From: Pelagomonas calceolata | Taxonomy: Eukaryota | Direction: 5' to 3' | DNA: 64,000 bases | Assembly (NCBI GenBank): GCA_918797485.1 | Contig: CAKKNE010000005.1 | Location: 620,001-684,000 of the forward strand | Shown: positions 21,979-32,042 of the stretch, piece by piece | How the letters are laid out: every line of letters starts with the position of its first letter | Position numbering within the stretch: position 1 is the stretch's first letter | Made by a program: the position numbers and the translations under genes | Notes under the pieces: generated by a model | Database searches by the model: none | The model's input: the letters and a program-made list of their open reading frames with translations, nothing else | What the model was told of the DNA's origin: nothing

Positions 21979-22782
21979 ATGCTGCACCTTGCCCCCACAA
22001 AGCGCTACACAATCCTCGAACGCGGCGCACCGATAGTGCCACGCATCCCGCTCGCCGCCGCCGCGAGCGCGCACGGAATACAATTGCTCAAAAAGCACGG
22101 CTACTTCGTCGCGACCGAGATCGGCGCCGCGTTGGAGAATGACGTCGCAACAATCGAAACCGAACTAGAAAACTTCTTCGCCAAATCGACGGAACGAAAG
22201 GAAAAATGCATGGGTACGGTCTACGCCAACGAACGGGGCCTGCCCATGTTCCGCCGGGGCTACGAAAGGCAACAACACGTGCGGGAGTGTTTTCGCGTTC
22301 CTGTCCAGGAGGAGGGCCAGCCCTGGCCCTCTCCTCGAACAAAGGTGTGCTGGCGGCGCGTCATCACGCGCTTCCAAGCTTTATCAGATGCGTTGCTAGA
22401 AGCGGTTGTCCCGGGACACGAGCGAGGCGAAGATTTTTCGCTGGCCTATTGTTTTAGGTACGGTGAAAATGACGGCGGCGCGAACGGAGGTACTGATAAT
22501 ACGTTGGTGGGCGAGCACGCGGACGTGTCGTTAGTTGTCGTGGAACCGGTGGCGCGAGTCGCGGGCCTCGAAGTGTACGACTTGTGTTTGAAGCGGTGGG
22601 TCTGCGTCGAGGCCGTGTGTGTTCCTGGAAAGGAGCTCGTCGTCTTCGTGGGCAGGGCCCTCTCGTCAAAGACGGGGCTGCCGGCGCTCAAACACCGCGT
22701 CGTCAAGGCGGGCCGCGCGCGGCTGTCGTTCCTCTTCGAGCAGAAGTACGCGGCCTTCTTCGAGGGAGGGCTCCAGCACTGA
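21979..22782 (+). CDS. 2-oxoglutarate/Fe(II) dioxygenase (IPNS-like)
   Basis: HxD (EHAD), GLEV, HRV and RxS motifs. Confidence 0.8.
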   Translation: MLHLAPTKRYTILERGAPIVPRIPLAAAASAHGIQLLKKHGYFVATEIGAALENDVATIETELENFFAKSTERKEKCMGTVYANERGLPMFRRGYERQQHVRECFRVPVQEEGQPWPSPRTKVCWRRVITRFQALSDALLEAVVPGHERGEDFSLAYCFRYGENDGGANGGTDNTLVGEHADVSLVVVEPVARVAGLEVYDLCLKRWVCVEAVCVPGKELVVFVGRALSSKTGLPALKHRVVKAGRARLSFLFEQKYAAFFEGGLQH

Positions 22783-23481
22783 GGTCTTGTGTAAGTTTTT
22801 GTCTGTCGCGGCGACGGCGTGGGTCGGCCTGCTCACCTTTCCGATGCAGAGGCCTCCCGTGGCCGACTTGACGGCGGGCGGCGGGTATATCTTCGAAGAA
22901 TACGAGGCATTCCGAGCGGGTCTTGCCTGGCATTTGCCAATTCCATTGCTCTCTCATAGTTAGTCCAATACCTCTTGGCGCCCTAGTGTGTCAATGGGAC
23001 GCTAGCTGCTTGTCAAGGATTTCAGGGCACCTTTTGACGCTGGAAGGCCCGACCGCGGAACGCCACCGCCCGGCGGAACGCCACAGGCCTGACAGGCGTC
23101 CGGCGCGTTCCGCGGTCGGGCCGGAGACGTCGACCGCGGGATGCGAGCGCCGGGGTTGTTGGTCCGGCGTAGGGCCTACCTTCCTCCTGGTCCTCCTCTT
23201 CCTGGTCCTCGTCGTCGTCGTCGTCATCGCTCTCCTCGGGCCCCAGTCGTCGCCGTCTCCAGACATCCGGCACGGGTGTAACTCAAACGCAGCGGCTTCC
23301 GAGGGCTCCCGCGCTTAGGTAATCCCTAGCGGTCAGTAAGACACTAGGCATCACAAGGCTCACAAGGCAAGCTCCGCGCCGGGATTCGAGCCCGTACGCG
23401 CGGTAGCACGAGGTGGCGGGGCAGCCACGGCTGCCCTTACGCCGCCGTACGGCTGCCTCGCGCTGCCGCGGAGCAGCAATA

Positions 23482-24558
23482 ATGCTCAGCTGGCTCGTAC
23501 TCCTCGCTTTAGCAGAGGCCGCCCCGCCGCCCTACACACGCATGGAGAGAGAGGCGGCGCCGCAGCTCACAATTATTCCAAGACGACAGCGACAATGCGC
23601 CCAAGCATGTGTGAGGAAAGGAGACGGCTACGTCTACGCCCAGCACCTGCGCAAGGCCGGAGGCACTTTGTTACGAACTTATTTGGCCATGTACCGCTGC
23701 GCGCCCCTGCGCCAAGCCATGTCCGCGACGCAACTTTATAGACTACCAAGAGGCTTCCCTCGCGAAGGAACAGCACCCGCGGCCGCCCAGGAGTCGCTGG
23801 CCTTCAACACGCAGAACTTTCTGTTAAGGCCGGCTACCGTCTACATCACGCTTATCAGACATCCAGTGGATCGTATTGAAAGTCTGTACTTTTTTGAGGG
23901 CAAATGGCCCCAAAAAAGTTATAGGAGAACAGAAGACACGGCGATACCTCTCGAAAAGTGGCTGCGCAAGGTCCGGGCGACGTCTAAGAGAAGATCCTGG
24001 GGCTCCCAGAACCATTTAAAGCAGAGAGGGGCGTTTCCGCTGCGCCAGCGGATATGGGACGAAGTGTCAGAATACTACGTCCAGATCTTTTCTGGTGTCG
24101 CGGCGGAGGCCACTGACAAGCATCTGGACGTGGCGAAGAGTGTGTTAGATAACTTCGACGCGGTGTTGATTTTAGAAAGGTTGTCTACGGAAGAGGGCCG
24201 CGACGAAGCGGAGGCATTACTGCGGAAGCTCCTGCCGACCCCCCGCGTCGAGCGTGCGTGCCCGCCGCGCCTACCGCTGCACAAGGTCAACGAAGGGAGC
24301 GTGCGGAAGCGGGCCGAGCCGCTGTCTCGGGAAGATCGACTGCGGATTGTCGCGCTGAATCCGCTTGACTTGGAGTTGTACCGACACGCCGTGACGGTCC
24401 ACAAGGAGCGCGTTGTCGAAGTCATGGGGCCGTGTCGTGTCCGTACAAACTGCACTTCGGTTCGAGATCGCGACCTGAACCTCATTTGGGGCGAGGGCGC
24501 GTTACGAAGCTGCGGGCGGATGGTCTACCGCTCTGGTCGGGCGGGGTGCCGCGCGTGA
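23482..24558 (+). CDS. Golgi-type sulfotransferase, paralog 1
   Basis: HLRKAGGT 5'-PSB and LIRHPVDRIESLY 3'-PB motifs; N..DLELY; signal peptide. Confidence 0.88.
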   Translation: MLSWLVLLALAEAAPPPYTRMEREAAPQLTIIPRRQRQCAQACVRKGDGYVYAQHLRKAGGTLLRTYLAMYRCAPLRQAMSATQLYRLPRGFPREGTAPAAAQESLAFNTQNFLLRPATVYITLIRHPVDRIESLYFFEGKWPQKSYRRTEDTAIPLEKWLRKVRATSKRRSWGSQNHLKQRGAFPLRQRIWDEVSEYYVQIFSGVAAEATDKHLDVAKSVLDNFDAVLILERLSTEEGRDEAEALLRKLLPTPRVERACPPRLPLHKVNEGSVRKRAEPLSREDRLRIVALNPLDLELYRHAVTVHKERVVEVMGPCRVRTNCTSVRDRDLNLIWGEGALRSCGRMVYRSGRAGCRA

Positions 24559-24819
24559 GCAAGGGCGGCGTGTTGTGCGGACCTTCGCGTCCTCCTCTCC
24601 TCCTCCCCTCCGAGTTTGTCCTCGATTGTAATTTACTTCTTTTTCTAGTGTCTTTCATGCCGCTAGCTAATCGCATCGATCCGAAGGAGAGCCAAGCAGT
24701 GGTGCACGGCGCTAAGGCGTCGACCGTGGAGCCATAGCATTCATACCTTAGCCGCCGGGCAGCCCTGGTTGGCTGCCGAGGCGCTGGGGCAGCACTCGCA
24801 GCGCTGGGCAGCCGCACGG

Positions 24820-26007
24820 ATGCAAGCCCTCCTCTGGGTGCTGGCCCTGGCCGCGAGCCAAGAGCACGGGCGGCGCCCGCTCCACGAGCGGCGCCGGAGG
24901 CCGGTGAGAGACAAGACCGCCCGCCAACAGGCCGCCGCCGCCCGCGCGCGCGCCCGCGGGTATCTAGAAGCGCCCCAACTACATATAACGGAGGACTTGT
25001 TACCTGAGGCACCAATCAATGACGTCGCCCCACCAACATTGACGGAGGCGCAGCGACAAGCGACACCGACCCTCCGGAAGCTGCCCGTCAACGACCAGAG
25101 GAGGGCCTGCGCACAAGCGTGCACCGCAGAGGGCAAAGGCACGGTCTACGCCCAGCACCTGCGCAAGGCCGGCGGGACCTTGCTGAGGCAGTACCTCGCC
25201 CGTTATCGATGTAAACCCTTCGACACCATCGTCTCGAAGCGCCAGCGACTTGTACAGAGGGGCGTGCCGCGCGCACATACGGCACATACGGTCATCCAAG
25301 GTGAAAACGCCTTCAACCCCCAGTCAATCTTGATGAGACCTTCAACAGTCTACGTGACCATATTAAGGGACCCTATCAGCAGAGTGGCTTCATCATTTTT
25401 TGCGGATGATGGTGTTCATTTTGAGAACTGGCTAGAAGGCATTCAGCGCGCCTCGCAGGAACGCTCCAAGGATGCGACAGCGTTCCACTCTTCTCAGAGA
25501 GTCTGGCCCCTCTCTGTCAAAATTCACGAGGAGGTGGCGAATTATTACGTCCAGGTGTTTTCTGGTGTGGCGGCGCACCCTATAACTCAAAAACATTTCG
25601 ATGCGGCCGTGTCCACCTTGTCCAATTTCGACGTCGTGCTCGTCTTGGAACATTTGAGCACGCCGGACGGCCGAAAGGAGGCCATGAGTCTCTTGGAGCG
25701 GGCGCTGCCGCTACCGTCCATCGCGCGCTGCCCGCCGTCCATACGGCCGCGGCCCGTGAATAGTGGACGGAAAGGTGTACTAACAGAAGGTCAGAGACGA
25801 CGCATCGCGGACCTGAACGTCTATGATGTGAAGCTCTACGAGCACGCGGTGACCCTGATGAACGCGCGGATCGCCTCCGTAGACATGGAGTGTGCTCCTC
25901 GAAACTGCTCGGCGGCGCCCGACGACTCGTTGAACTTGCTCCATGGCGAGGACGCTTTGGACAGTTGCGGCCGCCTCATCCCGCGGAAGTGCCGCCGCGA
26001 CGCGTGA
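24820..26007 (+). CDS. Golgi-type sulfotransferase, tandem paralog 2
   Basis: HLRKAGGT, ILRDPISRVASSF, N.YDVKLY; collinear with paralog 1. Confidence 0.88.
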   Translation: MQALLWVLALAASQEHGRRPLHERRRRPVRDKTARQQAAAARARARGYLEAPQLHITEDLLPEAPINDVAPPTLTEAQRQATPTLRKLPVNDQRRACAQACTAEGKGTVYAQHLRKAGGTLLRQYLARYRCKPFDTIVSKRQRLVQRGVPRAHTAHTVIQGENAFNPQSILMRPSTVYVTILRDPISRVASSFFADDGVHFENWLEGIQRASQERSKDATAFHSSQRVWPLSVKIHEEVANYYVQVFSGVAAHPITQKHFDAAVSTLSNFDVVLVLEHLSTPDGRKEAMSLLERALPLPSIARCPPSIRPRPVNSGRKGVLTEGQRRRIADLNVYDVKLYEHAVTLMNARIASVDMECAPRNCSAAPDDSLNLLHGEDALDSCGRLIPRKCRRDA

Positions 26008-26195
26008 CCCCCGACGCCGTCGCCGCGGCAGCCAACGCGACGACCGTGAGCGGATGCTCACCCCTACGCTGCCGCGACGGCGGCGTGGGACGACCGCCGA
26101 AGCGCCGGCGACTGGCGTGGCTGGACGCGCCGCCTACGCGATGTCTCCCCCCGACGCCATCACCGCGGCGACGCACTGTGTTGTAACATGTGTCC

Positions 26196-27479
26196 TTACT
26201 TCTTCCCCTTCTTCGCTTTCGCCTTCTTCTGGACCCCTCCCCGAATGATGCATTTCCCGAAGCCCTCCCAGGTCTCTTCCAGCATCTCGGGGGGCACCTT
26301 GCACTTCTCCTTGCCCTTGTAGAGGGGCTTGCCGCATCTTAGATCAAGTTCCTTCATGTTGATCCAATTAATAGCTGTAGCAGGCAGACTCTTCAGGCCC
26401 GCGCATTTCCTCGCTTCGATCTCCTTCAGGTTCACGAGGTCGCCCATGGACGCGGGGACGGCCGAGAACTTGGGGTTGTTTGTTATGTAGAGCTCTTCTA
26501 ATGATAAACACTGCGAAATGGTCTCTGGTAACGTTTTTACGTTATTTGAGCTGAGTGTGAGGTTCTTAAGTTTGATGCAATTACCGATCTCGTCCGGTAT
26601 GGCCTCCAATTTATTTTTATATAAATGTAACTCCTCCAGCTCGACACACTTCGCCAGGATATCCGCGGGTATGTCCCCAATCTTGTTATCTCCGAGATTC
26701 AGCAACTTGAGCTTCGTACAGGATGACAATTGTGCCGGTATTCGCTCTAACTGGTTCTTCCGCAAATCGAGCATCTCCAGCGCTGTTAACGACGAGATGG
26801 TCTCGGGGACCTCCGTGATTGCATTGGCACCCGCGTATAAATGCTTGCACGAGGCCCACTCTGTTAATGCACCAGTTGGTAGAGCTGTGAGCTTGTTGTA
26901 TCGCAAGTTCAGCGTCTCGATCTGCTTCCACGCGCTACACGACGACGGTACCTCCGTCAGTTCATTCTTCGACACAGATAGCGTTCTTATGGAAGTCCAG
27001 TTGCCGATGTCCGACGGTAATGCCGTGAGCTGATTATGGTCCAGATACAACTCCTCCAATGACGTGACGTCGGTCGCTCGGCCCGTCAAGGGTCCATTTA
27101 AGAAATTATGCGCCAAGTTCAAGATCTTGAGAGATGTAATGTGTTCTAGGGACTGGAAGACGTGGTCCGACGAGAACAGCTGGTTCCGCGATAAATCGAC
27201 GCGGACCAATCGAGTTAGTGAGGGCGACCGAGGCACCTCGTCGGGCACGAACCCAAGGCCCGACGCGCTCATGTCCAGGTAATCTCTTTTAAATTCGCCG
27301 ACCTTCTTGATGCGCGCTTGCACGCACTCCCTCTTGATCTCGTTCGCGCGTTCGCGCCGCTCGATGGCGTCGCCTAATCTCGGACACATGCAGCGCTCCC
27401 GTTCCACGAGCATGGCCCGCGTCGTCACGATGGCGTCGGCGTCGGCGCCGCCCTTGCCTTTTTTGCCCTTCTTGGGCAT
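26196..27479 (-). CDS. Leucine-rich repeat protein
   Basis: About 13 LxxLxLxxNxL repeats; basic termini. Confidence 0.92.
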   Translation of the reverse strand: MPKKGKKGKGGADADAIVTTRAMLVERERCMCPRLGDAIERRERANEIKRECVQARIKKVGEFKRDYLDMSASGLGFVPDEVPRSPSLTRLVRVDLSRNQLFSSDHVFQSLEHITSLKILNLAHNFLNGPLTGRATDVTSLEELYLDHNQLTALPSDIGNWTSIRTLSVSKNELTEVPSSCSAWKQIETLNLRYNKLTALPTGALTEWASCKHLYAGANAITEVPETISSLTALEMLDLRKNQLERIPAQLSSCTKLKLLNLGDNKIGDIPADILAKCVELEELHLYKNKLEAIPDEIGNCIKLKNLTLSSNNVKTLPETISQCLSLEELYITNNPKFSAVPASMGDLVNLKEIEARKCAGLKSLPATAINWINMKELDLRCGKPLYKGKEKCKVPPEMLEETWEGFGKCIIRGGVQKKAKAKKGKK

Positions 27480-27900
27480 GCTTACGAGGCCTCGGCGCCG
27501 GCGGCGGTGCGGTGGGCGGCGTCTGCCGGGCGCTTAGCTCTGCTTGGCCTAGCTGCCCCACTTGCGTCCGCTGCTCGCGGCAGCGGCGACAGCTGCCTCG
27601 CGCGTCTCACGCGTCCCGTGGCTTCTCCCTCGACGGGCTTTGGGCTTTTTTGCCTGCTCTCGTAGCAGCCTCGCGCGTTATTACCCTCGCGGCGGCAGGC
27701 GCTGGGCTTTCAAGGCTAGTATGGGCTAGTGTCCCGGCCGCCGGGCCGATTGCCCCAGAGATTTCCCCGCGGTCAAAATGTAGACCATGTGTCCCGAGGC
27801 CCCGCCGTACGGATAGCAGCCGCGGAACCGTGGGCGCGAGCACGGCGCGGCGGCGCCAGGACAAACACTCCACGCCGTCGAGCAGACTAAATAAACAGCT

Positions 27901-28638
27901 TTAGGGTGCCGGCGGCGGCATCGGCGGCGGAGAACCTCCCGGAGGCGCCGCGGGCGGCGCATCCTCAACAGCCTCGACGACGGCCTTGTCAGCCGTGAAC
28001 TTGGCGACCTTGGCCGTCCTTCTCCGCCGCGGCCCGCTCGCGCGCTTGAGCGTGTCGTGCTTCATGATCCCGTCCTTCGGGGCCTCCTCCACGGGTTTCG
28101 CTGACGGCATCGGCGGCGGCGCGCGCGGCGCGCCCCCGAGGCCCGGCATGGGGATGCCGCCGCCCAGCTTCGCGAGGCGCGCGCGGATGCCTCCAGTAGT
28201 TTTAGGGGACGCCTCCGGCTTCTCGTCAGCCTTGGCGCTCATCTGCATACGCGCGAGGCGCTCCTGGATGGAGCCGCCGGGCGGCGTCTTCGGCGTCGTT
28301 TCCGTGGGCATCGGCGGCGGGCCGCCGCTGCCCGTGCGGCGGTGCGTCGGCATCGGCGGTGGGGGACCGCCGGAGCCGGTCCGCCGATGCGTCGGCATCG
28401 GTGGTGGGCCACCACTTCCAGTAGAGGACTGGCTGGATGTGCGGCGGTGCGTCGGCATGGGCGGCGGTGCCTTACTCGGCGATTTTGTGGGAGGCGGCGC
28501 GGGGGCGGCTAATTTAGCCATACGCGCGGCGATCGCGGAGGCTTTGCCGGACGACTTGGGCGTGTTCGCCGCGGCTTTCTCCTTCTTGGCGGCCTCCTCG
28601 CGGGCTTTCGCCTTGGCGATCATCTCGGCGACGCCCAT
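27901..28638 (-). CDS. Proline-rich low-complexity protein with PPPMPTHRRT repeats and a CPI-like motif
   Basis: 245-aa ATG ORF with tandem peptide repeats and MKHDTLKRASGPRRR. Confidence 0.7.
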   Translation of the reverse strand: MGVAEMIAKAKAREEAAKKEKAAANTPKSSGKASAIAARMAKLAAPAPPPTKSPSKAPPPMPTHRRTSSQSSTGSGGPPPMPTHRRTGSGGPPPPMPTHRRTGSGGPPPMPTETTPKTPPGGSIQERLARMQMSAKADEKPEASPKTTGGIRARLAKLGGGIPMPGLGGAPRAPPPMPSAKPVEEAPKDGIMKHDTLKRASGPRRRRTAKVAKFTADKAVVEAVEDAPPAAPPGGSPPPMPPPAP

Positions 28639-28977
28639 CTTTGCACGCCGACGACGGCGCTCGGAGCACCCCTTGTTTTATGGGTATGTAGTGCGCGGCT
28701 TCGACGAAAGTGCGCGGCAGAGCTCTCGGCAGCACGGGGGGCGCCCAGGAGGACGCGTGCGGCCCGAGGCTGGCTATGGGCCCTTAAAAAAGCACTTGGC
28801 CCGCGTCTGGCTTTGACAGCTAGTGTGTCTCGATACGCTAGGTCCGAGGCCGCCTTCCATGCTCAAAGGCAGCCTTTGCGAGCCTCGCCGAACACCAGCA
28901 CTCGTCGCGGATCCCTTTGGCATCGTACCAAGCGTGCCACGCCGCCCGCGGCCTGTTAGATGCGCCACACACTCACC

Positions 28978-29472
28978 ATGGCCCTCGCCGCCGTCGCCGC
29001 CCGCAGCAGCCGCGCCTTCATGCACGCGGCGCGGCGCGCCGCGAGGCCAGCGACGCGCCTGGCCTCGTCGAACTCCTTTGAATTGGAGGGCACGATCACG
29101 AAGATCGGCGACGTCCAGAAGTTCGACTCCGGCTTCGAGAAGATCGAGTTCGTCGTGACGACGGCGCAGGACCCGTACCCGCAGGATATTAAGTTCGAGC
29201 TGCTGAAGGAGAAGATCGAGCTGTTGGATGCGTATTCCGTCGATCAACGGGTTTTGGTCAGTTTCAACATCAGAGGGAATGAGTGGCAGGGGAGGCATTT
29301 TGTCAATTTACAAGCGTGGCGGCTCCAGTCCCTCTCGTCGCCAGCAACGGCGTCTCCATCTTCATCGTTCGGCGGCGCCTTCTCCTCATATAACGATGAC
29401 GCGCCGCCCATCCCGGACGAGCAGAATGCATCTGACGCGTCTCCGGAGAAGAAGGACGACCTGCCGTTCTAA
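28978..29472 (+). CDS. DUF3127/SSB-like OB-fold protein with organellar presequence
   Basis: EFVVTT..YPQDIKFEL, VSFNIRGNEWQGRHFVNLQAWR, acidic DDLPF tip. Confidence 0.85.
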   Translation: MALAAVAARSSRAFMHAARRAARPATRLASSNSFELEGTITKIGDVQKFDSGFEKIEFVVTTAQDPYPQDIKFELLKEKIELLDAYSVDQRVLVSFNIRGNEWQGRHFVNLQAWRLQSLSSPATASPSSSFGGAFSSYNDDAPPIPDEQNASDASPEKKDDLPF

Positions 29473-29483
29473 GAGTGTTTGCC

Positions 29484-30410
29484 TTAGGCTAGGGCCTCGA
29501 CCACGGCCGCCGCACAGGCGTCCGCCGACTGGGGGTTCTGGGCTGTTATCAAATTGCCCGCCTTGCAGACGTGGGCCGTCCAGGGGTCGCCCTTCTTATA
29601 GCGGAAGGCTGTGAAGTAGCGGACGATGTTCGGATGGTTCAGCATCGAGAGCCGTGCGGCTTCTTCCCGTAGCTTCTCTACAGGGACGCCCGCCTTCTTG
29701 ATCTTCATGAGCTTGACGGCGTACACGCGACCGTCGTCCTTGTTCTTCATCGTATGTGTCGAACCGAAGGAGCCTTCCCCTAACTGCGACGCCTCCTGGT
29801 CCGAGTCGTCCGAGTCGTAGGGGTCGTACACGTACTGGTCCTGGATCGCCGGCTCATTCATTTGCAGGGCATCAATCTTGGCCTTGAGCTCGTTGATACC
29901 GTCCGTAGTCTCGGCGTGAAACGACGCGGAGCGGTTCGCGGACGCCGCGGCCGAGGCGTCGGCGCGTTTCGCGGACGCCGCCGTCATTGCTATGCTCAGA
30001 TTCTGCGCGTACCCCTGGATATCTGCAGAGGCGCGACCGCGTGCGGCGGCGTCGTCGGTGCCCTCGACGGCGCGCTCGAGAGAGCCACGCAGGCCGTCCA
30101 GCGCGCCCTTCACCCCATCGTCCTCCACGACGGAGTTGGCTTCCAGGCTCCGCAGTGTGTTGCCGAGCGCGGCGAGCCGCTGGGAGAAAGCCAAGCGCTC
30201 CTTGCGCTCCGCGCCGGTGATCGCGTCCTCGGCCTTCTTCCAGGCGTCCTCGGCGAGCTGCTTGGCCGTGACATCGACGACCGTCCCCAGCACCTTGGAC
30301 CGCACCTTGTTCAGGAGGGAACAGCAATTTTGCGCGATGCTTTTCCCCGTGGCCGCGCGGACGGCGGAATTGACGGCGGTGGCCAAACCGACCGCCGCGG
30401 CCACCTCCAT
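29484..30410 (-). CDS. Chimeric ORF: helical N-terminal domain + kinase N-lobe + DJ-1 C-terminus (possible pseudogene)
   Basis: LGEGSFG, YAVK, HPNIVRY followed directly by 37 aa nearly identical to the neighbouring DJ-1 tail; no HRD or DFG. Confidence 0.75.
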   Translation of the reverse strand: MEVAAAVGLATAVNSAVRAATGKSIAQNCCSLLNKVRSKVLGTVVDVTAKQLAEDAWKKAEDAITGAERKERLAFSQRLAALGNTLRSLEANSVVEDDGVKGALDGLRGSLERAVEGTDDAAARGRASADIQGYAQNLSIAMTAASAKRADASAAASANRSASFHAETTDGINELKAKIDALQMNEPAIQDQYVYDPYDSDDSDQEASQLGEGSFGSTHTMKNKDDGRVYAVKLMKIKKAGVPVEKLREEAARLSMLNHPNIVRYFTAFRYKKGDPWTAHVCKAGNLITAQNPQSADACAAAVVEALA

Positions 30411-30801
30411 GTTGGTGCCCCGGGGGGGGAAGGGCAGCCCTTAATCTGCTGGTGCACTGCCCTTTTGCGCCCAAAACCGATCACAGTGTTGCATATTAGA
30501 CTGGTCGGGGTCTCCAAAGCGAATCACTGCGTGATCTTGCAGCGCTGGCAGACTGGCACGGAGACTTTTTTTGCCACAAGGTGTCGACGGCGCGCGAGTG
30601 GCTGCGTTACACTTTGTGCTGCTCCGCATTGTATCACTATGGCTGCCCCGCACCTCACGAGCTTGCTGCTAAGCGTCGCGAGCCGTCGGCCGAGGCCTCA
30701 GTAACGCCAAAACTTGATACAAGGTCCGCTCAAAACCCGTCACGATTCAAAAACGCTGGGGCAGCCCCAACAAAACACCTGCCGTTCTAAGAGTGTTTGC
30801 C

Positions 30802-31734
30802 TTAGGCTAGGGCCTCGATGACCGCCGCGGCGCACGCGTCCGCGGACTGGGGGTTTTGGGCGGTGATGAGGTTGCCCGCCTTGCATACGTGCGACGTCCA
30901 GGGGTCGCCCTTCTTGAAGACCGCGCCGAGCTTGGCGAACTCGTCCTCCATGAACACGGAATTGGCCTTGACCTGTGCGCAAATCAACCAGTGAGGCGCT
31001 GTATAAATTTTCGGCGCGTTCGTCCTGAATCGCCGCGTTGACCTCCACGCCATCGACGCGACGCCTGCTCGATGGCGTGGCGATGCCGGTTCCTCACCGC
31101 TCGACGGAGCCAGCACGGCCGCGTCATCGCCGAGAAATGACGTAGTGAAGAATTGTCGGGTGCACCCGACGCACTAGGCGGTGCCGCAAAATTTAATTCC
31201 TGCACTGGCCTTGACCCACTCCGTCGCGCCGGCTTGATCTTCTTCGATGTTGGTAAAGGCCGTGACCTCGAGGCCCTTCACGAGCGGCGCGCCCCCGACC
31301 GAGCACTCGAGCAGGCCCATGGGGCCGTGGCAATCAGCTGCTACAATCTTGCCCTTGGCAAACGCGGCTTCGACCAGGGCCTTCAGCTCCTTGGCAGCCC
31401 CTCCGACAAAATCGACGCAGCAGCCGTGGCCCCCGGCCAAGTAGACGCAGTCGAACGCGTCCGCCATGCTCGCTTCGACCTTCACGGAGTGCGTCAACGC
31501 GCCGACCGCTTTCTGGTCGTGCATGAACTTCTTCGCCTGGTCGCCGAAGTAGGGGTCGCCCATCGAGTTGGCGTCGATGGGGATGGCGCCGCCCGCGACG
31601 GACGCGACGGTCACCTCGAGGCCGGCCGCCTGGAAGGCGTAGTAGGGGTCGGCGAGCTCGCTCAACCACACGCCCGTCGGGCCGCCGCCCATGGACCCGG
31701 CGCTCGTGTTCACTATCACTACGGACTTCCCCAT
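30802..31734 (-). CDS. DJ-1/PfpI (Hsp31-like glyoxalase III) protein; intron 30973-31215
   Basis: TGVWLSELADPY, AGGHG, AADCHGP, LITAQNPQS; splicing gives TEW-VKAN. Confidence 0.93.
30973..31207. mobile_element. Introner element, long variant
   Basis: 8-bp TSD gccttgac at 30965-30972 and 31208-31215; internal sequence homologous to the 9819 element; degenerate TIR. Confidence 0.93.
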
Positions 31735-32042
31735 GCTGCTGGGCTGGACCTGGGCGGGAACGCAACCAGTGAGTGACGAGGTCGCGTCCGTGGCGCGGGG
31801 CGCCTTGATCCTTGATTCCTACGCGCCGGCTGCGTACTGTTCTTGCTGCGTCGGCGTTTTGTGCGGCCTGAGTGGTGGCAGCCTGTCGGAAATTGGGCGC
31901 AGGGAGAGCGCGGGGCGAACCCCACGACGCCAGCCGCTGCCAAGCGTCGCGAACCGTCGGGCGGCGCCTCGATAACGCCAAAGCTGATGCAAAAAACCCG
32001 TCACGATTCAAAAAGCTGTGGGGCAGCCCCAAACAAAACACC

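Larger units (their letters stand above)
29459..32042. repeat. Imperfect tandem duplication (29459-30779 vs 30777-32042) with a replaced centre
   Basis: 29459-29597 matches 30777-30915; about 30653-30779 matches about 31921-32042; acc microhomology at the junction. Confidence 0.88.

Noticed and set aside
19985..22782. RtcB neighbourhood as an RNA-repair operon or defence island
   Set aside because: This is the ordinary eukaryotic-type tRNA ligase with an intron, and its neighbours are unrelated
23371..23474. Possible tRNA on the minus strand (gggctcgaatccc T-loop-like, complementary ends)
   Set aside because: No D arm or anticodon arm can be built, the T-loop is non-canonical and the T stem is mismatched
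26008..26175. Short direct and inverted repeats between convergent genes as an intact transposon
   Set aside because: Only decayed introner-like cores; no TIR or TSD can be defined
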